This document shows positions 19,691-29,327 of a DNA stretch of 64,000 bases, in pieces. The notes beneath the pieces were generated by a model. It saw only the letters and a program-made list of their open reading frames with translations, did no database searches and was not told where the DNA came from. The stretch spans positions 32,565 through 96,564 of the IMG/VR virus record IMGVR_UViG_3300045596_000061; one strand, 5' to 3'. Source of the stretch: a virus (Duplodnaviria; Caudoviricetes). The translations under genes were made by a program, and so were the position numbers. How positions within the stretch are numbered: position 1 is the stretch's first letter; every line of letters begins with the position of its first letter.

Positions 19691-20810
19691 ATCTCTTTAA
19701 TTTAAAATATTTATAATGTCCCTGTATATATAATTTATTAAATACCTTATGTGGTAATATCTTTATAAGTTTTGTTCTTATATTATAGGAGCAGAAATGT
19801 TGCATTATACCAAAATAAGAATTTAATGTCATCATTGTACTCTCTGCACTAATCTTTCTTCTATATAGTGAGATAATAAATCTGTATGTATTATTTACTA
19901 CTCTATTAGCTATATAACTTCTGTCTTTATATACCACTGCACCACATGTTTTTATTCCATGGTAGGCTGGTTGAAAATATATTTTATCCATTTTTAGGCA
20001 AAGTTCTTTTTTTAGAAGAAGATTTCTTGAATATTCTACTGCCTTTAGTAATTCAGAATGCTTTCCAATAATATAAAAATCATCCATGTAGATTCCAATA
20101 TATTTATATCTAGCTTTTAAACAGTTTCCAAAATCTTTAAGAATTAATAAGGCTGACCATTGTGATACTAAATCTCCTATAGGTAAACCTTTATTTTTTC
20201 CATTTGTATATAAAGACTTATAACTAGGAATTAGATTCCACATAGATATAGGACTCTTTCTTATTGAATGATTTTCAGGTTCATAATATATAAGTAATTT
20301 AATTATATAATTAAGTTCTTCTTTATAATCTCCACTATATATATCAATTACTTTTTTCCATTCATTCCAAACTATATCTTTATTAAGTGACATGAAAAAA
20401 GATTTAATATCTCCTCCAAAAATCCAACTATCATTACCATATTCTTTATAAGAATCTATCATATCCTGCTTTAATACAGAATGATATTGATTTAGTCCCT
20501 TACCTTTTCTACAGTTATACATCCTATTAGGCAATATACTTTCAATAGTAGGTCTTAAAAACATAACTACTAAAGTATCAAGTATTCTTTTATTTATACT
20601 TCCTGCAAAAACTTCTCTTGGTTTAGGCTTAGTAACTATGAATGAGTTACTTTCACCTAAATCAACAGTTTGGTTTATAACAGACTCTCGGAGCAAATGA
20701 AGGTTATATCTGAAATCACTTTCAAATATAATTTGTGAACTAGATTTTCTACAATGTTTTCTAAAAATAAAGTAGGCATTGTAATATTGATTTATATCTA
20801 TATGTTTCAT
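19668..20810 (-). CDS. DGR reverse transcriptase
   Basis: KPREVFA, CRKGKG, DIKSFF, GLPIGDLVSQ, YMDDF; probable ATG at 20810 (frame stays open through TR to a TTG at 20924). Confidence 0.93.
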   Translation of the reverse strand: MKHIDINQYYNAYFIFRKHCRKSSSQIIFESDFRYNLHLLRESVINQTVDLGESNSFIVTKPKPREVFAGSINKRILDTLVVMFLRPTIESILPNRMYNCRKGKGLNQYHSVLKQDMIDSYKEYGNDSWIFGGDIKSFFMSLNKDIVWNEWKKVIDIYSGDYKEELNYIIKLLIYYEPENHSIRKSPISMWNLIPSYKSLYTNGKNKGLPIGDLVSQWSALLILKDFGNCLKARYKYIGIYMDDFYIIGKHSELLKAVEYSRNLLLKKELCLKMDKIYFQPAYHGIKTCGAVVYKDRSYIANRVVNNTYRFIISLYRRKISAESTMMTLNSYFGIMQHFCSYNIRTKLIKILPHKVFNKLYIQGHYKYFKLKRYDSKDIS

Positions 20811-20823
20811 ATATTTTTGTAAA

Positions 20824-20922
20824 GATTCACATACTGCGAACACAGAGTTGTTGTTGTTCTTGTCATTGTTGTTCACTGTCAAAGAAGAAAAGTTACAATT
20901 CCATGTGTTGTTGGCATTATTC
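20824..20922 (-). repeat. DGR template repeat (TR)
   Basis: AAC/AAT-rich copy of the target 3' end (reads NNANNTWNCNFSSLTVNNNDKNNNNSVFAVCE). Confidence 0.92.
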
Positions 20923-21021
20923 AATAACTAATATATCTTAACTGTTTATAAAACAGTGTATTGTCCATCTTTATTTAAAATATTTTCTCTATATGAGTTC
21001 ATAAAAATTTTATGCTTGTCA

Positions 21022-21414
21022 TTAGATTCTATTTATTACCTTCATTTTCTCTTCAAGTTTTACTCTAGCACTTATTATCAGTTCTCCAATATGACTTTCA
21101 GATAAATCGGAAATTAATCTTTCAGTCTTACTTTTTTGATTAACTTTATTTACTACAAAAATATATTCTCCCTCACATATATTAAGATTTGCTTCTAATA
21201 ATGTAAGATTATCATAACATTCTTCTAGCTTTTTAAGTTTTTCTGTATCATCTTTAGCTCTTTCTTCAAAAATAATACATTTTAAACAATTAGAAGCACA
21301 AACTCTAATATCTGCACCATAAGTATATTTAATATCTTTAGGTAAATGTTTTGTGATAGTATATAATAGTTTTGCAAGTTCTAATAATACACTATATAAA
21401 TTAAGCTTTCTCAT
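21022..21414 (-). CDS. avd: DGR accessory variability determinant (Avd-like four-helix bundle)
   Basis: Probable start MRKLNLY at 21414; LPKDIKYTYGADIR motif; between VR and TR. Confidence 0.75.
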   Translation of the reverse strand: MRKLNLYSVLLELAKLLYTITKHLPKDIKYTYGADIRVCASNCLKCIIFEERAKDDTEKLKKLEECYDNLTLLEANLNICEGEYIFVVNKVNQKSKTERLISDLSESHIGELIISARVKLEEKMKVINRI

Positions 21415-21415
21415 A

Positions 21416-22621
21416 TCAGGATGCACATACTGCGAACACAGAGATGAAGTTGAGGCTCTTGACATTGCTGCCCACTGTCAAAGAAGAAAAGTTACAAACC
21501 CATGCGCTGATGGCATTAAGCTGAGTAGAAGACCAGAATGGCGTAGAAGTAGGAAGAGCTGCTAATCCTACAGTAGTTCTACATGTATTAATGTCAGCAA
21601 TATTAAGTGCAATCTCATAAAGTTCACCTAACGCTGGTAAGTAACCATTTTTATTAGCTAATTTCCAAGTATAAGAATTACACCATTCAGCTGCATAAGT
21701 TAATGCAGTTCCTATGATTGCATCAGTATTAGCTTTTCCTGCATAATCAAATATTGCAGCATAAGAATCTGTAATAGTAGTACATCCGTCTATTAAGACA
21801 GAAGGACCCCATACTTTATTAGTATAATCAGGAGAAAGAATAATATCTACATTGCTTGTAGTTAGTTTAAATCCTGCTACATTGGCATTATTTGCTGTAT
21901 CCCATTCTGATGGTGAATAAGTATTTCCATCTTTATCTACTATTGCTACTTGTAGTTTTGTTTCTCCATATACAAAATTAGCAGTGAAAGTATCAGCAGA
22001 TGCTGTTCTTTCTATCAACATAGGAGTACTATAACCATTCTTTTTATCACAATATAATACTATAGACTGACCAAAAGGCACATATATAACTATATTAGTT
22101 CCTGCCCAAGTATATGTAGTTTTAACATTATTTATAACTGCTGTTACTATTTGTCCTGACATATCAGCACTATCATACGCTGAAACATTAATAGTTACCT
22201 TTTCAGATTCATATTTTAAAGAAACACTTCTACTATTTCCAGAAACTGCTGTAAATGAATCACTTTTAGGAGTGGTATATCCTGTAATAGGCTCTACTTC
22301 AACATAATATGATTCATCAGATTTAATATTCTGTGTTAAAGTAGTACCAGTCCATGTAAGTGTATATAAAATTGTATTATCAGATACTTTTTTAATATAT
22401 ACTTTCTTACCTATAATATTAATTCCTTGATTTGAGGAAAGTGTAATATTAATTTTTTCCACTGCAATATCACTGCCACTTCCACCTAATGAAGACCACT
22501 CACCATTTATAAAAGCCAGAAGGGAATAATTATTTAAATTACTATTATATTTAAGCCAAAAACTGTTTATATCAGTAGGCTCTGTCTGACTAAAAACTAT
22601 ATTTCTTTTTATTTCTGCCAT
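21416..22621 (-). CDS. DGR target: fiber/receptor-binding protein with two beta-rich repeats and C-terminal CLec-type domain
   Basis: GYLPALGEL and FWSSTQ...AW motifs; VR at the 3' end; two repeats ending GY(T/S)TP. Confidence 0.85.
   Translation of the reverse strand: MAEIKRNIVFSQTEPTDINSFWLKYNSNLNNYSLLAFINGEWSSLGGSGSDIAVEKINITLSSNQGINIIGKKVYIKKVSDNTILYTLTWTGTTLTQNIKSDESYYVEVEPITGYTTPKSDSFTAVSGNSRSVSLKYESEKVTINVSAYDSADMSGQIVTAVINNVKTTYTWAGTNIVIYVPFGQSIVLYCDKKNGYSTPMLIERTASADTFTANFVYGETKLQVAIVDKDGNTYSPSEWDTANNANVAGFKLTTSNVDIILSPDYTNKVWGPSVLIDGCTTITDSYAAIFDYAGKANTDAIIGTALTYAAEWCNSYTWKLANKNGYLPALGELYEIALNIADINTCRTTVGLAALPTSTPFWSSTQLNAISAWVCNFSSLTVGSNVKSLNFISVFAVCAS
21420..21521 (-). repeat. 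DGR variable repeat (VR)
   Basis: Reads LNAISAWVCNFSSLTVGSNVKSLNFISVFAVCA; about 17 substitutions versus TR, all at TR adenines, plus one extra codon. Confidence 0.92.
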
Positions 22622-22626
22622 AATAT

Positions 22627-25047
22627 TTAATTACTTTTAGTTGTTACTTGTTTATTTAAAGCTGCCCTTTTAATAGCAATCTCTTTATCATGTTTCTCTT
22701 TGTCCTGTACAAGTTTATCTCTTTCAAGTTTTATTTTAGTATCAAATTCTCTCATTTGCTCTATAAGTTTATCCTTATTTTCTTGAGTATTATCAGGTTC
22801 CTGAATACCATCATTCATATTTGCATAGCCTTCTGCCTGTATATTAGCTATTAAAACTTTAGTTTCATTATCTCTTATGTTAGCTTCTTCTTTTTGCTTA
22901 AGCTCAGATTCCTTTTGTAACATCTGAGATTCAAGGGCTTGCTGTTGCTGTTTAAGTTGTTCCTGCTGTTGCTGCTGCTGTCTTTCTTGTATCTGCTTTT
23001 CATTATTTTCAACCATTCTCTGTTTCTCAATAAGAGAAGAAGAGTTATAAAGCTGCATAATAGTAGAAAAAGAAAGAGTCTGATTCTGTAAAGCAGCCTG
23101 TGCAAGAGTATCAAGTTTCTGTGAAAGAAGCTGTGTGCTGTTACTATTATCTACTACTAAGCCATAATCACATTCAGCAAACTCATCACCATCTATATTC
23201 ATGACTTGCATAGACCCATCATTAAGAATATATTGGAACTTCTTACTTCTTCCTTTAAGTGCTGCCTTTGCAGTTTCTATAAAGCATTCAAGTACTCTTT
23301 TCTTTACATCATCATGTATAGTAAATAGCCACTCAGTTATATATGAGGATTGTAGAGTAGCTCTTTCAACTCCACCAACAGTTTCTCTATTACTTATCTG
23401 TCCCTCTCTCTGCTTAGAAATACCTGCAACATCACTCATCTCCATTTTAATAAATTCAAGAAGGTTCATATATTGCTGTATCTGATTTCCATCAGAAGCT
23501 GCTATTACTCCATTAGAAGCATTATTCATAGCTCCTGCAAGTTTACCTGTAGCTGCTCCTATATTACCTTCATTGAAACTATCCTCAACTGCTATACCCA
23601 TAGTCTTTGCATAGTATAACCATTTTTCTACATCCCATCCTTTAGGATGATTCTTAGCAAAATCATATCTTATAAGAGTGCCCCAATTTCTTGCTATAAG
23701 TTTATTAAGCCTGTCATGTATAATATCATAAAGATAACTATAAGGTTTCATCATATCAACAAGTGAGAAAGGTCTACTATCATTAAGATTATATATAGAG
23801 CCTATAATACCAAAGTGGCATCTTGATGGATTGCTAAGTCTATTATACTGTACTACTCTAGGTCTCATATTTACATAAATATCAGTACCTATTTTAGTAC
23901 CTTCCCATGCTTCATTAATATAAAATATCTGCTCTTCTTCTCCTTCATCTGTTTTAAGTATATAAGTTTCAGGATAAAAATGAAATTCCTCCTCACCTGT
24001 TTCTTTATTATAAGACCTTACTTTCTTAATCTTTCTTCTTGATTTCCAATATACTCTAAGAACTCTAAGATTACCAGCTATATCATAAGGAAGTAATGTA
24101 TTACCTATTCCTTCAGAAGTCATAAGAGGATCCCAAAAGAAACCTTCCTGTGAAGTAATCTCATCACCTATCATGTAATTATTTACAAAGCCCATTCTTT
24201 CATCTATATTACTCATAGAGTCAGTAGCTGCCTGTCCTACATGGTCTGGTAATTTATTTATATATTCAAGGTCTTTTGTAGTAAGTAAGTCATAATAAGT
24301 ATCTATTACCCTACCTGGACTCCAATAATCCTCAAGGACTATCATATCAGCATCTTCAATTTTATTTGAATAACCTGACTTAAATATTCTAACCTTAAGA
24401 GGATTAAGTTTTTCAAGTGTTGGCTCACCTCCTATTATACTACATTGATATATTTCCTCTCCTACAGTCATAGCATCCATAAATCCTTGATTAAATATAA
24501 GAGGAATATTAAGTTCTTTTACATAATGATTAAGTAAAAGATTAGATCTGATTTCTCTCATATCCTGCCACTCATAAGTGAAGTAATCACTCATTTTTTC
24601 AAGTTCCTGATTAGCATCCTCATCAGACTGACTGTTATTTGATACCCATTGCTGTAATCTCTGATAAATCTCTTCTTTCTTATTATTTTCTATATCTGAT
24701 ACTGCATTAGGATTAGTGACTATAACCTTAAAATCAAATACCCTTTTAGACTCTTCTCCTTTAAGGACATTAAGTTTACTATTCATTATAGGATAGTGCT
24801 GTATTCTATCTGGTATAAATCCTGCTCTAATATGTTCAGGATTTAGTATGAGTTCCATATCATTCATATGAAGTTTACCATTAAGTAAATCATAATTAAT
24901 CTTCTTATGAATCACACTCTTCCTACATAAAGAATAATTAAAGAAAGTTTTAGAGTCAGCCCAATCTAAGTGTGCCTTACGCCATGCTTTAGTTTTCTTA
25001 TTAAAAGAAAGCTGCTCAGGAGGAAGACTTTGTGAACTATATTCCAT
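22627..25047 (-). CDS. Portal protein
   Basis: 806 aa; LP..QL, IQHYPI, EAWEGTKIG, GIS.QREGQISNRETVGGVERA, Gln-rich coiled coil; after terminase. Confidence 0.88.
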   Translation of the reverse strand: MEYSSQSLPPEQLSFNKKTKAWRKAHLDWADSKTFFNYSLCRKSVIHKKINYDLLNGKLHMNDMELILNPEHIRAGFIPDRIQHYPIMNSKLNVLKGEESKRVFDFKVIVTNPNAVSDIENNKKEEIYQRLQQWVSNNSQSDEDANQELEKMSDYFTYEWQDMREIRSNLLLNHYVKELNIPLIFNQGFMDAMTVGEEIYQCSIIGGEPTLEKLNPLKVRIFKSGYSNKIEDADMIVLEDYWSPGRVIDTYYDLLTTKDLEYINKLPDHVGQAATDSMSNIDERMGFVNNYMIGDEITSQEGFFWDPLMTSEGIGNTLLPYDIAGNLRVLRVYWKSRRKIKKVRSYNKETGEEEFHFYPETYILKTDEGEEEQIFYINEAWEGTKIGTDIYVNMRPRVVQYNRLSNPSRCHFGIIGSIYNLNDSRPFSLVDMMKPYSYLYDIIHDRLNKLIARNWGTLIRYDFAKNHPKGWDVEKWLYYAKTMGIAVEDSFNEGNIGAATGKLAGAMNNASNGVIAASDGNQIQQYMNLLEFIKMEMSDVAGISKQREGQISNRETVGGVERATLQSSYITEWLFTIHDDVKKRVLECFIETAKAALKGRSKKFQYILNDGSMQVMNIDGDEFAECDYGLVVDNSNSTQLLSQKLDTLAQAALQNQTLSFSTIMQLYNSSSLIEKQRMVENNEKQIQERQQQQQQEQLKQQQQALESQMLQKESELKQKEEANIRDNETKVLIANIQAEGYANMNDGIQEPDNTQENKDKLIEQMREFDTKIKLERDKLVQDKEKHDKEIAIKRAALNKQVTTKSN

Positions 25048-25069
25048 ATTCTTTTATTTAATTTTGCTA

Positions 25070-25120
25070 CAAAAATAAGTAATCTCTGCATACTTTACAA
25101 TAATATAAGTAAAATACTAA
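25070..25120 (-). promoter_or_regulatory. Late promoter upstream of portal (ATTG-N20-TATTTTTG) with extended element
   Basis: -7 box 25070-25077, -33 box 25098-25101. Confidence 0.65.
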
Positions 25121-25145
25121 TTAATTATAGCTATTTTTACTAAAT

Positions 25146-27398
25146 TTACTGTTTAAAATCACTTATAATATTAAATTTATTATCATAGTTATCAGTAAAG
25201 AATTTATCATTACCTGCATAATTAGGAGGTATTTCAGTTCTCTCCTTAACATCTCCATTGTACATAATAATTTTTTCCTCTCTATATAACATTAATTGTA
25301 AAAGAGACATTATTCTATCTACATTAATTTCAGGATTATAAAGAATAAGTTCCTTAATTAATGCCCTGTTCTTTAAGAAGTGAAGATTAGGTAATGTGTA
25401 CTGTACTGATTCACCATTTTCTTCTTTTTCTACAGTGACTGGTTTAAGTAACCAATCTCTTATAAGAGTCATACCAAAATTCTTTATAGGTGTAGTTGCA
25501 GCTACTCCTTTAGAGCTATTACCAAAAGATGTAGTTTTAATAAGCTCTCTTTGCCTAAGATATTCAGGAGTATCAGCTAATAGATGTAATGAGTTAAATC
25601 TGCTGAAATAAGCAAAAGTATTCTTTTTATTATTTTCATAAAGAAGTCTTCCATTATAGAATAAACATAGCTTTCTTGCTAATTCATTAAGGTCATCAGC
25701 AAACATAGGTCTTCCTGTATATTCAGCTACTATTCTATCTGTCCATAAATCAAGTACAAATATAGAACCTAAAGACATAGTTTCTGCACTATCATTTTCA
25801 TAGTTATCAAGTGATAGTATATATCTCTCATAAGGTATTTTATTATTAACCTTTACAGGAAGTTCATATATTTCTAATGCTCCTGTTGATTTATTATCCT
25901 TAAGAGGAAAATCTCTTATAGGTTTTTCTGCTGTAGGTTTAAACTCTACAGTATTATCTTTAGCAAAGAATAACTCACCAACATAAGTATCACTATAAAA
26001 ATTAGGGTTGTTATCTATCTCTGCAAGTCTTGAATTAAGCTCGGTAACAGGAAATATGTTTTTCGTATATCTCTGTATAGCTTCCTGTGGAGTAATAGGT
26101 ATTTCAGCTATTCTCTTAGTAATAGTATTAATATCAGTACTTCCATATTTAACTTTGTATCTATCCTTAAGAATGTATATTAAAGCTCCTATAACATCAC
26201 TATTACCATCTTTATCATAATATCCTGCCATATTTATATATCCAGGAAAGAAGTAAGTAAAGACACTTCTACTCTGTCCTTCCTTATCATATACATTATT
26301 AATGCCTTTAATTCTATATCCATTAGGATTATACATAAGTTCCTGTAGAGAACTAAAGTCAGAATCCTTATCACCTGCTGTACCATAAGCATATATAAGA
26401 CCAAAAGTCTTTTCACCATCTTCCACAGAAGGTCTAAGTACAGAGAAAAGGTCTCTTAGTCTAGGGAAAGTACCTGCTTCTTCAAGTAGAAAAAGAACAC
26501 CTCTTGAACCTCTAAGTTTAGACTCATCATCTTTTGATGTAATTCCGACTACACTATTCTGTGTTCCTCTTCTTGCACCTGTATCTGAGTCAATATAACC
26601 CATAGTCCATTGAAGATTCTGCATTGATGATGTAATTCTCTTTGAAGGAAATTGAGTATTAATTGCACAGAAATCTATATAATACTGAAACATATCAAGA
26701 ATCTGATTAGCCCCATGAATATACTTTTTCTCTGATGCAGTAGCAACACACTGTACTTTTACATTTACTTCAGCACTTTCTCCTAATATAAATCTTTTAG
26801 CAAGCATAGCTGCTGCATAGTAAGACTTACCTTTACCTCTACTTGCAAGTTCAACAGCATGTTTACCTTCATTTCTACATTGCTCAAGATAATGTGATTT
26901 AAGATAATGACCTTCCCATACTTTAGGAAATCCTATAGCTCTGTTACTTCTATTATTACTTCCCTCTTTAATAAGCTGTATAGGGCAATAATTAAGAAAG
27001 AAATAAAAATCACCAGTAATCCATTCACCATCTGATGGTCTTATATATCCATCATAGCACCTTCTTATTTCTTCTCTTATCCATTTACCAAACTCACTAT
27101 TAGGATTACTATTAGGCTTAAGTTTAGTATAGCAGCCATTTTTCTCAAAGTATATAGCAGATGGTCTAAAGTAATCCATATTCTCTAAAATATGAGGCTT
27201 TGTTATATCTATTTTAATTCTTCCTAGTTCATCTCTGTCAAGGTCTTTTGCATATAATCTATGAGGAGATATAAGACTCTTTATGTAAGGAATATTATTA
27301 ATACACTCAAAAAACTGTTCCTTTTCTTCACTATTAAGAGTGTTTATAAGTTCTTCAGTAATTGGTGTCTGACAACTATTTACTTTAATTTCATTCAT
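25146..27398 (-). CDS. Terminase large subunit
   Basis: Walker A ASRGKGKS, Walker B LLEEAG, GTAG, nuclease-domain AEYTGRP / YENNK / NVDRI. Confidence 0.9.
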   Translation of the reverse strand: MNEIKVNSCQTPITEELINTLNSEEKEQFFECINNIPYIKSLISPHRLYAKDLDRDELGRIKIDITKPHILENMDYFRPSAIYFEKNGCYTKLKPNSNPNSEFGKWIREEIRRCYDGYIRPSDGEWITGDFYFFLNYCPIQLIKEGSNNRSNRAIGFPKVWEGHYLKSHYLEQCRNEGKHAVELASRGKGKSYYAAAMLAKRFILGESAEVNVKVQCVATASEKKYIHGANQILDMFQYYIDFCAINTQFPSKRITSSMQNLQWTMGYIDSDTGARRGTQNSVVGITSKDDESKLRGSRGVLFLLEEAGTFPRLRDLFSVLRPSVEDGEKTFGLIYAYGTAGDKDSDFSSLQELMYNPNGYRIKGINNVYDKEGQSRSVFTYFFPGYINMAGYYDKDGNSDVIGALIYILKDRYKVKYGSTDINTITKRIAEIPITPQEAIQRYTKNIFPVTELNSRLAEIDNNPNFYSDTYVGELFFAKDNTVEFKPTAEKPIRDFPLKDNKSTGALEIYELPVKVNNKIPYERYILSLDNYENDSAETMSLGSIFVLDLWTDRIVAEYTGRPMFADDLNELARKLCLFYNGRLLYENNKKNTFAYFSRFNSLHLLADTPEYLRQRELIKTTSFGNSSKGVAATTPIKNFGMTLIRDWLLKPVTVEKEENGESVQYTLPNLHFLKNRALIKELILYNPEINVDRIMSLLQLMLYREEKIIMYNGDVKERTEIPPNYAGNDKFFTDNYDNKFNIISDFKQ

Positions 27399-27409
27399 GT
27401 TATAATCAA

Positions 27410-27769
27410 TTATAATGCAGAAGAGTTGTAGTCACTATAATCATAATTAACTATTTTTATAATCTCCTTAGAGCTTATAAGATTAAACAGCTCTTTAAGT
27501 ACAATTCTATCAACTTCTTTCTCTACTTTATCCTTATTATCTTCTATACTTCTTGCTACTGCCTGAACTACAAGTACAGGAATTCTTTTCTTATTTACTA
27601 TAATCCATAGAGTTGTTTTATACCTCTTATAAGCTTTAAAACTATTATCAGGAATTACTTCTCTCTGAAATACAATATGTTCAACAACTTCAGTGCTGTC
27701 TATTCCAAGGTTCTTTCTTGTATTATAAAGAAAATCTTTAAATGCTTCTGCTAATATACTTAAATCCAT
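27410..27769 (-). CDS. Hypothetical protein
   Basis: 119-aa ORF tightly packed in operon. Confidence 0.6.
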   Translation of the reverse strand: MDLSILAEAFKDFLYNTRKNLGIDSTEVVEHIVFQREVIPDNSFKAYKRYKTTLWIIVNKKRIPVLVVQAVARSIEDNKDKVEKEVDRIVLKELFNLISSKEIIKIVNYDYSDYNSSAL

Positions 27770-27771
27770 AA

Positions 27772-28323
27772 TTATAATTTTATACCATCATCAAATAATG
27801 TTTTCTCCCCTGAACCTCTCATTCTACTACCTGATTTCATTTCTGTTGTTATTGCTCTTTCTGCATTGTCAAGTTCTTTTATAAGATCAGGTATCTGTTT
27901 AATAGTAGAAGTAATTGTATTAAGAGTATAGATAGGCTTCTCATGGTCATCAGTCTTACTTAAATCTATATCTCTTAATAACTTTCTAAGTTTATCTACT
28001 GCAAATCTTGTATCCTCAAGTAGTAATGCTCCTGTAGACTTAAATGTTTCATAGAATTTCATAGCCTCCTTAATGAGTTTGTCAGGCTTCCATTTATCTG
28101 AAAGTCCTTCTCCCTCCATAATAGCTTTCTGTCTTTCATTTATATCTACAATATACTGATAATCACTTCTTGGGTCTTCCATAAAGTAGATAAATCCAAG
28201 TTCTTGAAGAGCAGTACTTTTATTTTTAGATTTATCTCTATTCCATATATCTTTAAATGGCTTTAATAACAGAGCCTCTTCAGATATTATTACCTTATAA
28301 CCTTCATATTTAAATAGCTTCAT
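27772..28323 (-). CDS. Conserved crAss-like protein upstream of terminase (possible small terminase)
   Basis: RDKSKNK, YFMEDPRSDY, C-terminal RGSGEK; position. Confidence 0.55.
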   Translation of the reverse strand: MKLFKYEGYKVIISEEALLLKPFKDIWNRDKSKNKSTALQELGFIYFMEDPRSDYQYIVDINERQKAIMEGEGLSDKWKPDKLIKEAMKFYETFKSTGALLLEDTRFAVDKLRKLLRDIDLSKTDDHEKPIYTLNTITSTIKQIPDLIKELDNAERAITTEMKSGSRMRGSGEKTLFDDGIKL

Positions 28324-28386
28324 ATATAGGATATTAAAAATAAAAGCTCAGTAAGAGTAAATCAAACTAAGCTTTTATAATATTAA

Positions 28387-28818
28387 TTAAAGTATTATCT
28401 CCTTTTTCCTTGGCTGTATAAGAGTACTCTTGGGCTTATCTTTTACTTCTTCATAATCTTCTATAACGAAGTTTATGTCTCTGTCTTCAAGTAGTAAATC
28501 TTGTTTACCATCTAATTCAATTACATTAAAGCAGTACTCTATAATTGGATTATCAGATACTATTCCATCTTTAAGAGTACCATCTTTATGCTTAGTTCTA
28601 CCATATCTTATAGGGTTAATGCATACAAGGTCTCCTACTTTTATACCTCTTACAGAATCCCCAACAGCTATTACTGTCTGATACTCTTTTACATCACCTT
28701 TTTGTTTGTTTGCAATTATAAGATTGTTATCAATTACATCCTCATCATATCTATCCATTGTAGTTACTAAGGATGTAAACATTGGTTTTATCTTTTTAAT
28801 TTTTATCATTTTTATCAT
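28387..28818 (-). CDS. GroES-like co-chaperonin
   Basis: IKPM...V, VIAVGDSVRGIKVGDLV, LLEDRDI pattern. Confidence 0.65.
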   Translation of the reverse strand: MIKMIKIKKIKPMFTSLVTTMDRYDEDVIDNNLIIANKQKGDVKEYQTVIAVGDSVRGIKVGDLVCINPIRYGRTKHKDGTLKDGIVSDNPIIEYCFNVIELDGKQDLLLEDRDINFVIEDYEEVKDKPKSTLIQPRKKEIIL

Positions 28819-29062
28819 ATTTTTTAATTAGAAGTTCAAGTCTTTTTGTCAATATTGCAAAGTAATTAGTCATAGCTCCTAACTGCATTAGTATTAAATT
28901 ATATTGCACAAGCCCTACTTTTGATATAAACTTAGAATCTTTAATACTTTCATTAATTGCATTTATTTTCTCTTTAAGACTTCTATGTTCCCCTAGCATT
29001 CTAATAACAAAATCAGGTACTTCAGGAACTTCTTTATTATCTTTATCTCTATTGGGTTTCAT
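28796..29062 (-). CDS. Hypothetical helical protein
   Basis: 88 aa; RM..E...L..KI and LL..QL.AM..Y..IL pattern. Confidence 0.55.
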   Translation of the reverse strand: MKPNRDKDNKEVPEVPDFVIRMLGEHRSLKEKINAINESIKDSKFISKVGLVQYNLILMQLGAMTNYFAILTKRLELLIKKYDKNDKN

Positions 29063-29327
29063 TGTTCTTTATCTTTTTAATATATAAAAATCTATTCTTT
29101 ATTCTTTTATATCTATCATAATTACACATCAACTTACCTATTACTGGGATATTAAAGTTAGTTTTGAACTTACTATAATCTTTTTCTGCTATAGTTTCCT
29201 TTAAAGGAAGTAACTGTATATTACACTTTATGGATTTCCAATAATACATATAAGTTTTATATACTATATCCTCAGGTATATTAAGCTCATTAGATACCTT
29301 ATGTATAATACTTTTTATATCTATCAC
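29049..29327 (-). CDS. HU/IHF-like protein
   Basis: I..VS.ELNIP..V, NFNIPVIGKL. Confidence 0.5.
   Translation of the reverse strand: MIDIKSIIHKVSNELNIPEDIVYKTYMYYWKSIKCNIQLLPLKETIAEKDYSKFKTNFNIPVIGKLMCNYDRYKRIKNRFLYIKKIKNNETQ

Larger units (their letters stand above)
19668..22621 (-). mobile_element. Diversity-generating retroelement: target(VR)-avd-TR-RT
   Basis: All four components adjacent; TR/VR substitutions fall only at TR adenines. Confidence 0.93.

Noticed and set aside
19668-20810. RT as group II intron, retron or Abi RT
   Set aside because: GLPIG..SQ motif, Avd neighbour and TR/VR pair identify a DGR
20811-20924. Asn-rich N-terminal extension of the RT
   Set aside because: It is the template repeat read in frame; ATG 20810 is the likelier start
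21415-21465. N-terminal extension of Avd given in the ORF track
   Set aside because: Overlaps the hypermutable VR in another frame; ATG 21414 follows the target stop
22930-23000. CAG/CAA repeat tract in portal gene
   Set aside because: Ordinary Gln-rich coiled coil of portal C-termini
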